From Terriglobia bacterium (GTDB lineage Bacteria > Acidobacteriota > Vicinamibacteria > Vicinamibacterales > CAVVIG01), in assembly GCA_020073005.1 (NCBI GenBank), contig JAIQFX010000027.1, forward strand, positions 120 through 64,119: a DNA stretch of 64,000 bases, given 5' to 3'. This document shows positions 8,644-17,432 of the stretch, in pieces (the stretch's first letter is position 1; each line of letters opens with the position of its first letter). The notes below the pieces were generated by a model. That model was given only the letters and a program-made list of their open reading frames with translations, did no database searches and was not told the origin of the DNA. A program made the translations under genes and the position numbers.

Positions 8644-9494
8644 CGACGTTCGTCGCCGAGGTCTCGAGCAACCACCACCGCGATCTCAATCGCGCCGTGG
8701 CGTTCGTCGAAACGGCGTCGCGCCTGGGCTGCGCGGCGGTCAAGTTTCAGCTGTTCAAGATCGAGGAGCTGTTCGCGCCCGAGATCCTCGAGAAGAGCCC
8801 GAAGCACCGGGCGCGCGCGCAGTGGGAGCTGCCCGAGTCGTTCCTGCCGGCGCTCGCCGCGCGCAGCCGCGATCTCGGCATTCAGTTCGCCTGCACGCCG
8901 TTCTCGCTCCGCGCGGTGGACGTCCTGCAGCCGCACGTGGACTTCTACAAGATCGCGTCCTACGAGCTGCCGTGGACCGATCTGCTGCGCGCGTGCGCGC
9001 GCACGGGCAAGCCCGTGGTGCTCGCGACCGGAATGGCGACGCTCGACGAAGTCGTGCGCGCCGCGGACACGCTGCGCGGCGCCGGCTGCGCGGATCCGCT
9101 GCTGCTGCACTGCACCTCCGGCTATCCGACGCCGGTGGAGCAGTGCAATCTCGCGGCGATCGAGACCATCCGGACCGCGACCGGCGCGCGCGTCGGCTGG
9201 TCCGATCACAGCGTGAGCCCCGCGGTGATCTACCGCGCCGTGCACCGCTGGCGCGCGGAGATGATCGAGTTTCATCTCGATCTCGACGGGACCGGCGCGG
9301 AGTTCGGCGCCGGGCACTGCTGGCTGCCGAAGCAGATCGGGCCCGTGATCGAAACCATCCTGCACGGCGTCGCGGCCGACGGCACCGGCGAGAAGCAGCC
9401 CGTGGACGCCGAGCGCGACGATCGCGCGTGGCGCGCCGATCCGAGCGACGGTCTGCGGCCCACGGTCGCGATCAGGAAGACGTGGACGCCGTGA
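8640..9494 (+). CDS. NeuB-family nonulosonic acid synthase (pseudaminic acid synthase-like, no SAF domain)
   Basis: 'AEVSSNHHRDL', 'AVKFQLF', 'FYKIASYE', 'LLHCTSGYPTP' and 'GWSDHS'. ATGA overlap with the pseC stop. The upstream part of ORF 7860..9494 is out-of-frame overlap with pseC. Confidence 0.75.
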   Translation: MTTFVAEVSSNHHRDLNRAVAFVETASRLGCAAVKFQLFKIEELFAPEILEKSPKHRARAQWELPESFLPALAARSRDLGIQFACTPFSLRAVDVLQPHVDFYKIASYELPWTDLLRACARTGKPVVLATGMATLDEVVRAADTLRGAGCADPLLLHCTSGYPTPVEQCNLAAIETIRTATGARVGWSDHSVSPAVIYRAVHRWRAEMIEFHLDLDGTGAEFGAGHCWLPKQIGPVIETILHGVAADGTGEKQPVDAERDDRAWRADPSDGLRPTVAIRKTWTP

Positions 9495-9496
9495 CG

Positions 9497-9607
9497 AAAT
9501 TGCGGAACGCGGAATGCGGAGCGCGGAGGTCTGGCGACGGAACAGCGCGAGCAATCGAGACGTTCGACGAGTCTCAATCCGCATTCCGCAATCCTCAATC
9601 CGCAATG
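9497..9607. repeat. inverted GCGGAAT/GCGGAGY heptamer arrays with about a 42-nt spacer
   Basis: Left arm is aaattgcggaacgcggaatgcggagcgcggagg. Right arm is tctcaatccgcattccgcaatcctcaatccgcaatg. It starts 3 nt after the synthase stop. Confidence 0.8.
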
Positions 9608-9624
9608 TTGTGGTGGAGCGCTGC

Positions 9625-10962
9625 ATGAGCGTGAAGGTCAAGTCATCGACCGCGAAAGGCCAGGAGCTCTACCGCCGCGCGAAGAAGCTGATCCCGGGCG
9701 GGACGCAGCTGCTGTCGAAGCGGCCGGAAATGTTCCTGCCCGATCAGTGGCCCTCGTACTACTCGAAGGCGCGCGGCGTCGAGGTCACCGACGTCGACGG
9801 CAACACGTACGTCGACATGTCGATGATGGCGATCGGCGCGTGCGTGCTCGGCTACGCCGATCCGGACGTCGACGCGGCGGCGAAGGCGGCAATCGACGCC
9901 GGGTCCGCCACGACCCTCAACGCGCCCGAGGAAGTCGAGCTCGCCGAGCTGTTGTGCGAGCTGCATCCGTGGGCGCAGATGGTCCGCTACGCGCGCTCGG
10001 GCGGCGAGGCGATGATGATGGCCGTCCGCATCGCGCGCGCACACACGCGCAAGGACAAGATCGCGTTCTCCGGCTACCACGGCTGGTGCGATTGGTACCT
10101 GGCGGCCAACCTCTCGGATGAACGCGCGCTCGACGGCCAGCTGATGCCCGGCCTCGATCCCGCCGGCGTGCCGCGCGGCCTGAAGGGCACGGCGCTGCCG
10201 TTCCACTACAACCGGCTCGATCAGCTGAAGGCGATCGTCGACGCCACGCGCGGCGAGCTCGGCGTCATTGTCATGGAGCCGCGGCGCGGCGACGCGCCGG
10301 CGCCGGGCTTCCTCGAAGCGGTGCGCGCGATCGCGACCGACATCGGTGCCGTGCTGGTCTTCGACGAAGTGACGACCGGCTTCCGCATGACCGACGGCGG
10401 CATCCACAAGCTCCTCGGCGTCAACCCGGACATCGCCGTCTTCGCGAAGGCGATGGCCAACGGCTATCCGATGGCCGCCGTCATCGGCACGTCGACCGTG
10501 ATGGAAGCCGCGCAATCCACGTTCATCAGCAGCACCAACTGGACCGAGCGCGTTGGCACGGTCGCGGCGATCGCGACGATCCGCAAGATCCGCCGCGAGC
10601 GCGTGACGGATCACCTGATCCGCATCGGCGAGCTGACGTTCGCCGGCTGGAAGGCCGCCGCCGCGAAGGCCGGCCTCGCGCTGCACACCGAAGGCCTGCC
10701 GAGCCTGACGCACTTCGGCTTCGAGCATCCGGACGAGCCCGCGCTGACGACGCTCTTCACGCAGGACATGCTGGAGCGCGGCTATCTCGCGTACAGCCAG
10801 TTCAAGCCGTCGTTCGCGCATCAGCCGTCGCACGTCGACGCGTACATGAAGGCCGTCGCATCGTCGTTCGCGATGATCGCGGACGCGATCAAGGCGGGCG
10901 ACTATGGATCGCGATTGAAAGGGCCGTCCGCAAGGCGCGGGTTTTATCGATTGACGTCGTAA
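9625..10962 (+). CDS. class III (glutamate-1-semialdehyde aminomutase-like) PLP aminotransferase
   Basis: 'SGGEAMMMAVRIARAHT', 'VFDEVTTGFR' and 'FAKAMANGYP'. ATG 9625 was chosen because upstream ORF codons are translated repeat array. Confidence 0.8.
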   Translation: MSVKVKSSTAKGQELYRRAKKLIPGGTQLLSKRPEMFLPDQWPSYYSKARGVEVTDVDGNTYVDMSMMAIGACVLGYADPDVDAAAKAAIDAGSATTLNAPEEVELAELLCELHPWAQMVRYARSGGEAMMMAVRIARAHTRKDKIAFSGYHGWCDWYLAANLSDERALDGQLMPGLDPAGVPRGLKGTALPFHYNRLDQLKAIVDATRGELGVIVMEPRRGDAPAPGFLEAVRAIATDIGAVLVFDEVTTGFRMTDGGIHKLLGVNPDIAVFAKAMANGYPMAAVIGTSTVMEAAQSTFISSTNWTERVGTVAAIATIRKIRRERVTDHLIRIGELTFAGWKAAAAKAGLALHTEGLPSLTHFGFEHPDEPALTTLFTQDMLERGYLAYSQFKPSFAHQPSHVDAYMKAVASSFAMIADAIKAGDYGSRLKGPSARRGFYRLTS

Positions 10963-11040
10963 TGAAGAATTAAGAATGAAGAATTACGAATTATGAATTC
11001 CGAACCATTCTTAATTCCCAATTCCTAATTCTTAATTTCA
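10961..11040. repeat. inverted pair of TAATTCY heptamer arrays
   Basis: aatgaagaattaagaatgaagaattacgaattatgaattc / attcttaattcccaattcctaattcttaatttcac. It includes the TAA stop 10960-10962. Confidence 0.8.
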
Positions 11041-11042
11041 CT

Positions 11043-11990
11043 GTGCATTACCGTCCCCTCGGCCGCACCGGCCTCGCCGTCTCCGCTCTCTCGCTCGGCA
11101 CGGTTTCCCTGGGCGTCGACTATGGCATCCAGGCGCCGGGCGAATTCGGCCGGCCAGACGAGGCGGAGGCGATCCGGCTGCTGCGCGCGGCGGTCGACCG
11201 CGGCATCACGCTCGTCGACACGGCGCCGACCTACGGCGAGAGCGAGCGCCTCGTCGGACGTGCGTTGGGCCGCGACGCGCGCATGCTGTTCGCGACCAAG
11301 GTCGGCTCCGCGCTGCACGAACGGCCCGGCGAGCTTCGCGGCCCCACGCTTCGCGCGGAGCTCCTCGCGTCGATCGACCGCAGCCGTCGCGCGTTCGGAC
11401 GCGACGTGATCGATATCCTTCAGTTCCACAACGCGACGCGCGAGCTGATCGACGCCGGCGAGGTGACCGACATTCTGCTGGACGTCAAACGCCGCGGCCT
11501 CGTCCGCGTGCTCGGCGCCTCGGTCCTGAGCGCCGCCGCGGCGATGGCCGCGATAGCATCGGGAGAGTACGAGCAACTGCAGGTCGCGTTCAGCGCGCTG
11601 GACCAGCGGATGGCCCGCGACGTGCTGCCCGCCGCGCAGGCGGCGGGCGTCGGCGTCGTCGTCCGCTCCGCCCTGCTCAAGGGCGCGCTCACGCCCAAGG
11701 CGCAGTGGCTGCCAGAGGCGCTCGCGCCGTTGCGCGAGGCCGCGATCCGCGCGCGCGACGCGCTCGCGGGCGGCGTCTGGGATCGGTTGCCGGATGCGGC
11801 ATTGCGCTTCTGCCTCTCGACGCCCGGCGTCGCAACCGTGTTGACGGGCGCGAGGACGATGACGGAGCTCGACGCGGCGCTCGAAGCAGAAGCGGCAGGG
11901 CCGCTTGATGCGCCGACGGCCGACGCTGCCGGGCGGCTTGCAGTGGCTGACGAAGCGCTTCTGGACCCGTGGCATTGGCCTGTGCCGTGA
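11043..11990 (+). CDS. aldo/keto reductase
   Basis: 'YRPLGRTGLAVSALSLGT' and 'DTAPTYGESE' AKR signatures. GTG start. Confidence 0.8.
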   Translation: MHYRPLGRTGLAVSALSLGTVSLGVDYGIQAPGEFGRPDEAEAIRLLRAAVDRGITLVDTAPTYGESERLVGRALGRDARMLFATKVGSALHERPGELRGPTLRAELLASIDRSRRAFGRDVIDILQFHNATRELIDAGEVTDILLDVKRRGLVRVLGASVLSAAAAMAAIASGEYEQLQVAFSALDQRMARDVLPAAQAAGVGVVVRSALLKGALTPKAQWLPEALAPLREAAIRARDALAGGVWDRLPDAALRFCLSTPGVATVLTGARTMTELDAALEAEAAGPLDAPTADAAGRLAVADEALLDPWHWPVP

Positions 11991-13018
11991 TGCGATCGAT
12001 CCTCATCCGTTGCGACGGCGGCGCCGACATCGGCATGGGCCACGCGGTCCGATCGCTGGCGCTTGCCGACGAGCTGCGCGACGCGCACGGCTGCGCGATC
12101 GCGTTTGCGATGCGCGAGCCCGCCGGCGCGGGCGCGGCCGCCGTGCGCGCGGCGGGGTACGCAATCGACGTGATCGAGGCCGACGATCGCCACGACTATC
12201 CCGACGTCCTCGCCGCCCTCACCGCGTCGCGCAAGGCTGACGTGCTGATCGTCGACGTCCGCGACGCGCTGTCGCGCGCGGCGCTCGACCGTCTTCGTCA
12301 GGCCGGCGTCCACATCGTCACGATCGACGACATCTCCGAACGGCGGCTCGCGTCGGACCTCGCGTTCTATCCGCCCGTTCCGCACGTCGCGGCGATCGAT
12401 TGGACCGGATTCACCGGTCGCCGGTATGCGGGCTGGGAGTGGGTGATTCTCAGAAGAGAGTTTGGGGCAGGTGGGGCTGGTGGGGAGAGCCCCGCGATCG
12501 ACGTGCTCGTGACGATGGGCGGGAGCGACGCGGCGGGGATGACGGCGTTCACGCTCCAGGCCCTCGAGCTGCTGCCGATGCCGCTCTCGGTTCTCGTCGT
12601 GGTGGGACCGGCGTTCACCCACGCGCTCGAGCTCATCGACGCGGCCGCGCGCTCACGGCACAGCGTTCGGATCGCACGGACGCCCGGGTCGATGGCGGCG
12701 CTGATGCGCGGGAGCCGGATGGCCGTCGCGGCGTTCGGCGTCAGCGCGTATGAGCTCGCGGCCTGCGGCGTGCCGGCCGTCCATCTCTGCCTGACGAGCG
12801 ACCACGAGCGCTCATCGTCTGCCTTCGTCGAGGCCGGCATTGCGATCACCGCAGGTGTATTCGGACACGTGCTGCCGGAGCAGATTGCCGACTCGGTGAC
12901 GCGGCTGATGGGGAATGCCGGCCGCCGCGGCGAGATGGCGGAGCGCGCGCGGCGCCTGGTCGACGGCCGCGGCGCTCGACGCGTGGCCGACGAGATCGTC
13001 AGCCGGTTACTGAGCTGA
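11990..13018 (+). CDS. pseG: UDP-2,4-diacetamido-2,4,6-trideoxy-beta-L-altropyranose hydrolase-like (GT-B, PseG family)
   Basis: 'IRCDGGADIGMGHAVRSLALA' and 'VLVTMGGSD'. TGATG overlap with the AKR stop. Confidence 0.7.
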   Translation: MRSILIRCDGGADIGMGHAVRSLALADELRDAHGCAIAFAMREPAGAGAAAVRAAGYAIDVIEADDRHDYPDVLAALTASRKADVLIVDVRDALSRAALDRLRQAGVHIVTIDDISERRLASDLAFYPPVPHVAAIDWTGFTGRRYAGWEWVILRREFGAGGAGGESPAIDVLVTMGGSDAAGMTAFTLQALELLPMPLSVLVVVGPAFTHALELIDAAARSRHSVRIARTPGSMAALMRGSRMAVAAFGVSAYELAACGVPAVHLCLTSDHERSSSAFVEAGIAITAGVFGHVLPEQIADSVTRLMGNAGRRGEMAERARRLVDGRGARRVADEIVSRLLS

Positions 13019-13125
13019 CGGACGGACGGACGGACGGACGGACGAAGGTAACCACGGAGGACACAGAGGACACAGAGGACACGGAGGAAGAGAATCCAGC
13101 CACAGAGACACCGAGACACAGAGAG
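13019..13125. repeat. (ACGG)n, GAGGACACA and CACAGAGA tandem arrays
   Basis: cggacggacggacggacggacg; then accacggaggacacagaggacacagaggacacggaggaag; then cagccacagagacaccgagacacagagag. It starts directly after the pseG TGA. Confidence 0.8.
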
Positions 13126-13174
13126 CGGCCGACACCGTGAAACTCCGTGTGCGACTGGCCCGCGAAGCGGGCCA

Positions 13175-13256
13175 CACTGCGGAAAAAGGCCGACGCAATC
13201 ACAAACGTTGATTCAATGCAGCGTCGTTTGTGTTGCGCCGGCCTTTTTTCGCAGTG
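13175..13256. terminator. bidirectional intrinsic terminator-like long hairpin between convergent genes
   Basis: cactgcggaaaaaggccgacgcaatcacaaacg pairs with cgtttgtgttgcgccggccttttttcgcagtg (2 mismatches and 1 bulge). The A-tract/T-tract geometry gives a U-run on both strands. Confidence 0.6.
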
Positions 13257-13294
13257 CGACGGCCGGCTCCGCCGGCCGCCGGTCGCACACGCTT

Positions 13295-13319
13295 CAACTC
13301 CTCCGTGTCCTCCGTGGTT
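13295..13319. repeat. inverted partner of the GAGGACACA array
   Basis: caactcctccgtgtcctccgtggtt is the reverse complement of aaccacggaggacacggaggagttg (compare 13050-13075). Confidence 0.75.
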
Positions 13320-13372
13320 TCATTTCTTCTGCGGTTTCCGCGAGTTCTGCGTTGATCGTCGTTCGTTGTGAA

Positions 13373-15244
13373 TCAACGAGTCTCGGCGACCAGCGCGGCG
13401 ACGCGGTCGGTCGCGTGGCCGTCCAGCTCGGACACGTACGCGCGCAGCTCGGCGCTGCGCGCAAGCGCCCCGCGATCCAGCCCGGCCGCGCCGGCGCGCC
13501 GCGCGGTGAGCTGTTGCCCGAGTTCCTCGATCGAGTACGCGATCGCGATCCCCGGCACGCGATCGAGCGGCAGCAGCTTCCGGCGGAAGACGGCATCGAA
13601 GACGATCGCCGGTGTGCCGAGCGCGATCGACTCGAGCACGGTCGTCGAGTACGCGGCGACGAGCACGTGCGACTTCTCGAGGATGTCGTACAGAATCGGC
13701 TCGCGGATCGTCGTCAACGTCAGCGGATCCCACCCCAGCGCCCGCGCGGCCTCCGCGTAGTACTCCGCTTCCTCGCCCGGATGCATCTTGTGAATGACGC
13801 GGACGTCGGTCTGCGTCCGGGCCCACGCGAGGACCGCGTCGATCATCAGCAGGTTCTCGTACTCGGACGCGCCCATCGAGTAGTCCGTCATGAAGCCGGA
13901 GCAGATCGTAACGGTGAATGTGGCTGGTGCCTGGTGACTGGTGGCTGGTGACTGACTCCCGACTCCCGACTCCCGACTCCCGACTCGCGCGGCGAGCGCG
14001 TCAAAGCGCGGGTTACCCGTTACAACAAAGCTCGCTGTCTGCGCGCCTTGCGCGCGATACCACGTCTCGGTCCAGTCCCCCCACGTGGCGAGCCGGTCCA
14101 CGTGCGCGACGGAATGCCCGTTCGGCTCGCCCGTGATGCCGTGCTGGATTCCCGTCGACGCCACGCCGAAGCGGCGCGCCGTGTCGATGAGCACGCGGTT
14201 GTACGCCGTCACGTCGCTCGACGTGAGCACTCGCCCGCCGGCGCACGCGTCGGTGAGCGACTGCAGGTGACGCAGCGCCGGGACCCACGCCGCGATGTGC
14301 AGCCACACCGTGCGGCCGACGAGCGGCCAGTACGGCACGCCGGCCACGGTGAACTGGCCGGCGTGCGCGCGATCGCCGCTCAACGAGAGCGCCTGCGCCA
14401 CGGCGTCGGCGAGCGCGCCCAGCCAGCGGATCGGATCGACGAGATCGGTGAACGCTTCCAGTGGGATGAGGTCGCGCGGTTGAAACAGCGCGCGCCCGGG
14501 CTGCGTCGCCCCCGCGATCACGATGGGACGCGCGGCGCCCTGAAGCCGCTCGACGACATCCGCGGTGAAGCGATCGCCGACGACGATCAGCGCGCGAGCG
14601 CCTGGCGACGGCATCGCACCGCGCGCGATCCGGCGCCACAGGCCCGTGAAGAACGTCAACCAGATGAAGCCCGGCTCGAGCACGAGCGCGCGAAATTCCG
14701 TGTTGACCCACTTCGTCGCGCGGCCGGCCCGAAGGCGCGCGAACGCCTGCGCCGCGCGCTGAAGGACGTCACCGCCGACGATCTCGGTCGTCAACCCGCG
14801 ACGGCTCGCCACGAGGCGCGCGGCGTCCACGAGCGGCCCGCCGCCGACGAGCACGAGGCGGCCCGGCGCGGATCGCGTCAGCTCGTCGTCGATCGCGGTG
14901 ACGTTGCGCACGGCGCGGCTGAACGACGGGATGAGCGTGTACTGCAGGTATGGGCCGAAGTTCGTGCCCATGGCTTCGGCGTGCTTGCCCGCGGCGCGCG
15001 TGACGCCGTCGAGCATCGCGCGATCGCGCTCGACGATGAGATCCGGCGTGAGGCCGTCGGTCGTCAGGCGCGCGTCGATTCCTTCGCGGCGCAGCCGCAT
15101 CGCGAGCAGCGCGTCGCCGGTCAGGACGGCGGCCGACGCGCCCCGCAGCCGCGCCGGCGCCAGCGCTTCCCGCAGCGCGCGTTCCGCGTGACGGTCCTCG
15201 ACGATCAGCAGCTGGTCCGTGATACGGCGAGCGTACCACGACAT
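13373..15244 (-). CDS. hypothetical two-domain protein, C-terminal half GT-B/Rossmann-like (candidate glycosyl- or nonulosonate-transferase)
   Basis: 623-aa ORF with normal composition in a sugar locus. The C-terminal 'VLVAAYSTTVLESIALGTPAIVF' resembles the GT-B donor-binding helix. No family was recognised with certainty. Confidence 0.45.
   Translation of the reverse strand: MSWYARRITDQLLIVEDRHAERALREALAPARLRGASAAVLTGDALLAMRLRREGIDARLTTDGLTPDLIVERDRAMLDGVTRAAGKHAEAMGTNFGPYLQYTLIPSFSRAVRNVTAIDDELTRSAPGRLVLVGGGPLVDAARLVASRRGLTTEIVGGDVLQRAAQAFARLRAGRATKWVNTEFRALVLEPGFIWLTFFTGLWRRIARGAMPSPGARALIVVGDRFTADVVERLQGAARPIVIAGATQPGRALFQPRDLIPLEAFTDLVDPIRWLGALADAVAQALSLSGDRAHAGQFTVAGVPYWPLVGRTVWLHIAAWVPALRHLQSLTDACAGGRVLTSSDVTAYNRVLIDTARRFGVASTGIQHGITGEPNGHSVAHVDRLATWGDWTETWYRAQGAQTASFVVTGNPRFDALAARVGSRESGVGSQSPATSHQAPATFTVTICSGFMTDYSMGASEYENLLMIDAVLAWARTQTDVRVIHKMHPGEEAEYYAEAARALGWDPLTLTTIREPILYDILEKSHVLVAAYSTTVLESIALGTPAIVFDAVFRRKLLPLDRVPGIAIAYSIEELGQQLTARRAGAAGLDRGALARSAELRAYVSELDGHATDRVAALVAETR
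13920..13986. repeat. GGTGRCT and GACTCCC heptamer arrays, in-frame inside the 623-aa CDS
   Basis: gtggctggtgcctggtgactggtggctggtgactgactcccgactcccgactcccgactcccgactc. On the minus strand it is translated as 'SRESGVGSQSPATSHQAPAT'. Confidence 0.8.
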
Positions 15245-15261
15245 CGTGTAACCTTTTATCG

Positions 15262-16209
15262 ATGCCCAAACGCAAGGCGTGGCAGGGTCACGCCGGAGAG
15301 GCGCTGGACACCGTCGACCAGTTCACGGTCATCGATTGCGACGCGTGCCGCTTCAAGCACATCGTTCCGATTCCCACGCCGGCCGAGCTCGAGCACACGT
15401 ACGGGCACGAGTACTACTCGACGACCAAGCCGCTCTACATCGAGCGCGACCTCGAAGATCGCGACTGGCTGAATCTCGTGTACTCGGAGCGGTACGACGC
15501 GTTCGAGCGGCTGCTCGGACTGAAGCGGCGCCGGCTGCTCGACGTGGGATCGGGCCCCGGGCTGTTCCTGCGCCACGGCGTCGAGCGCGGCGGGTGGAAG
15601 GTCAAAGGACTCGAGCCGTCGACGCAGGCCGTCGCCCACAGTCACACAATCGGGCTCGACGTCACGCAGGCGTTCCTGAATGAAGAGACCGCGGCCGCGC
15701 TCGGCCGGTTCGACGTCGTGCATCTGAGCGAAGTCCTCGAGCACGTGCCCGATCCGCTGGGCATGGTCAAGATCGCGCACGGCCTGCTCGATCCGGGCGG
15801 GCTGCTCGCCGTCATGGTGCCGAACGACTACAGTCCGATTCAGTCGGCGCTGCGCGACGGGTGCGGCTTCAGTCCATGGTGGGTCGCGCCGCCGCATCAC
15901 GTGAACTACTTCGACGTCCCGTCGATCCAGCGGGTGCTGAAGCCGCGCTTCGACGTCGTGTCCGTCGACACGTCGTTTCCCATCGATCTGTTTCTGCTGA
16001 TGGGCGACAACTACGTCGGCAACGACGCACTCGGGCGCGCGTGCCACGCGAAACGCAAAACGATGGAGCTGCATCTGGCGCGGGCCGGAAAATCAGGACT
16101 GAAGCAGGCGATGTACCGGAGCCTCGCGCAACTGGGCGTGGGCCGCGACGTGTTCGTCATCGCGCGCAGGCGCGGCGGGCGACGTGCACGGCGGAGCGGT
16201 GGGAAATGA
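15262..16209 (+). CDS. class I SAM-dependent methyltransferase with N-terminal C-x2-C zinc-ribbon-like motif
   Basis: 'LLDVGSGPGLF' (motif I), 'VHLSEVLEHVPDP' and 'IDCDACRFKH'. Confidence 0.8.
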   Translation: MPKRKAWQGHAGEALDTVDQFTVIDCDACRFKHIVPIPTPAELEHTYGHEYYSTTKPLYIERDLEDRDWLNLVYSERYDAFERLLGLKRRRLLDVGSGPGLFLRHGVERGGWKVKGLEPSTQAVAHSHTIGLDVTQAFLNEETAAALGRFDVVHLSEVLEHVPDPLGMVKIAHGLLDPGGLLAVMVPNDYSPIQSALRDGCGFSPWWVAPPHHVNYFDVPSIQRVLKPRFDVVSVDTSFPIDLFLLMGDNYVGNDALGRACHAKRKTMELHLARAGKSGLKQAMYRSLAQLGVGRDVFVIARRRGGRRARRSGGK

Positions 16210-17432
16210 AGCGGCGACGCCTTTTGCTGCTCGGCGCCGGCTTCGAGCAGATCGCCGCGATGGACGTCGCGCGCGATCTCGGCCTGCACGTGACCGCGTT
16301 CGACAACAATCCTCGCGCCGAAGGCGGCACGCGCTGCCACGAATTCGCGCCGGTCGATCTGCGGAATCCAGCCGCGCTCCTCGATGCCGCCAGGCGGGCA
16401 CGGCCGGACGCCGTGTTCGTGCACGCCGTCGAGCTCGCGGTCGAATGCGCGTCGGTCGCGGCGGCGCTCGGACTCCCGGGATTGACGCGCGAGTCCGCGA
16501 TCGCCGGAACAGACAAGGCGGTGCGCGTGGCCGCGCTGTCGAAGGCCGGCGTGCCGGTGCCGCGCTGGGCGCCGCTTCCTTCGTCCGGTCCGGCGGCGGC
16601 GTGGCTCGAGATCGCGACGACGCTCGCGCCGCCGTGGGTGATCAAGCCGACCGATCAGCGCGGCGCCATCGGCGTCCGGCGCTGCGAGACGGCAGACGAC
16701 GTCGCGCGGTACTTTCGCGATCGTGATGTGTCGTTCGGCGGCTTTCTGATCGAAGAATGGATTCCCGGTTCGCAGTTCAGCACCGAAAGCGTCGCCGTGA
16801 ACGGATCCGTCCGCCACACGGCGGTGGCGCTGCGCCACTACGACACGACCGGCGATCTGCTGCCGTGTCTGATTGAAGACGGCCACTCGATGCCGATCGC
16901 GCTCGCGCCCGCGACGCAGCAGGCGATGGATCGCGCGATCGCGCGCTCGTTCACGGCGCTCGGCATCCGCGACGGCGTCCTGAAGGGCGACCTCGTCGTC
17001 CGCGGCGACGGCGACGTCGTCGTGCTCGAGATGGCGGTGCGCACGTCCGGCGGACGCTTCGCGGACACCGTCGTCCCATTATCGAGTGGCGTCAACATTC
17101 TGTATCCGCTGATCCTGCAGGCGCTTGGTGAGACGCCCGCCGATCGCTGGTTCGCGCCGACGCGGACGGCCGGCGTGTCGCAACGATTCATCTTTCTGCC
17201 GCCGGGCCGCGTTCTCACGCGGTTTCCCGAGTTTTCCAGAATATTCGCGCGTCCGGGCCTCCACGAGTGGCGGATATCGGACACACTGTTCGGGAGCGGC
17301 GTCACACCGTCGGTCCGGAGTCACCGCGATCGCATCGGCTACGCGATCGCGTCCGCGGCGGATCGCGAGCAGGCGGACCGGCTGGTCCGCGACGTCCTGG
17401 CCGGGATTGAATGGAGCTATGAGCGCGCCTGA
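16206..17432 (+). CDS. ATP-grasp domain protein (carboxylate-amine ligase-like)
   Basis: 'PWVIKPTDQRGAIGV', 'FLIEEWIPG' and 'VVLEMAVRTSGG'. ATGA overlap with the methyltransferase stop. Confidence 0.75.
   Translation: MKRRRLLLLGAGFEQIAAMDVARDLGLHVTAFDNNPRAEGGTRCHEFAPVDLRNPAALLDAARRARPDAVFVHAVELAVECASVAAALGLPGLTRESAIAGTDKAVRVAALSKAGVPVPRWAPLPSSGPAAAWLEIATTLAPPWVIKPTDQRGAIGVRRCETADDVARYFRDRDVSFGGFLIEEWIPGSQFSTESVAVNGSVRHTAVALRHYDTTGDLLPCLIEDGHSMPIALAPATQQAMDRAIARSFTALGIRDGVLKGDLVVRGDGDVVVLEMAVRTSGGRFADTVVPLSSGVNILYPLILQALGETPADRWFAPTRTAGVSQRFIFLPPGRVLTRFPEFSRIFARPGLHEWRISDTLFGSGVTPSVRSHRDRIGYAIASAADREQADRLVRDVLAGIEWSYERA

Noticed and set aside
9514-9624. N-terminal extensions of ORFs through repeat arrays (also 25201-25245 for thiG, 42597-42668 for the SDR, 42614-42694 for M20, 46274-47793 region extensions, 55668-55862)
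   Set aside because: The extra residues are translations of heptamer arrays or of the neighbouring gene in another frame. Conserved family N-termini begin at the internal start codons chosen.
13019-13319. Possible CRISPR array, or the small ORFs 12999-13202, 13007-13198 and 13147-13371
   Set aside because: The repeat units are 4-9 nt tandem arrays with no spacer structure. The ORFs are simply translations of the arrays and palindrome (Ser/Val/Pro repeats). No cas genes are nearby.
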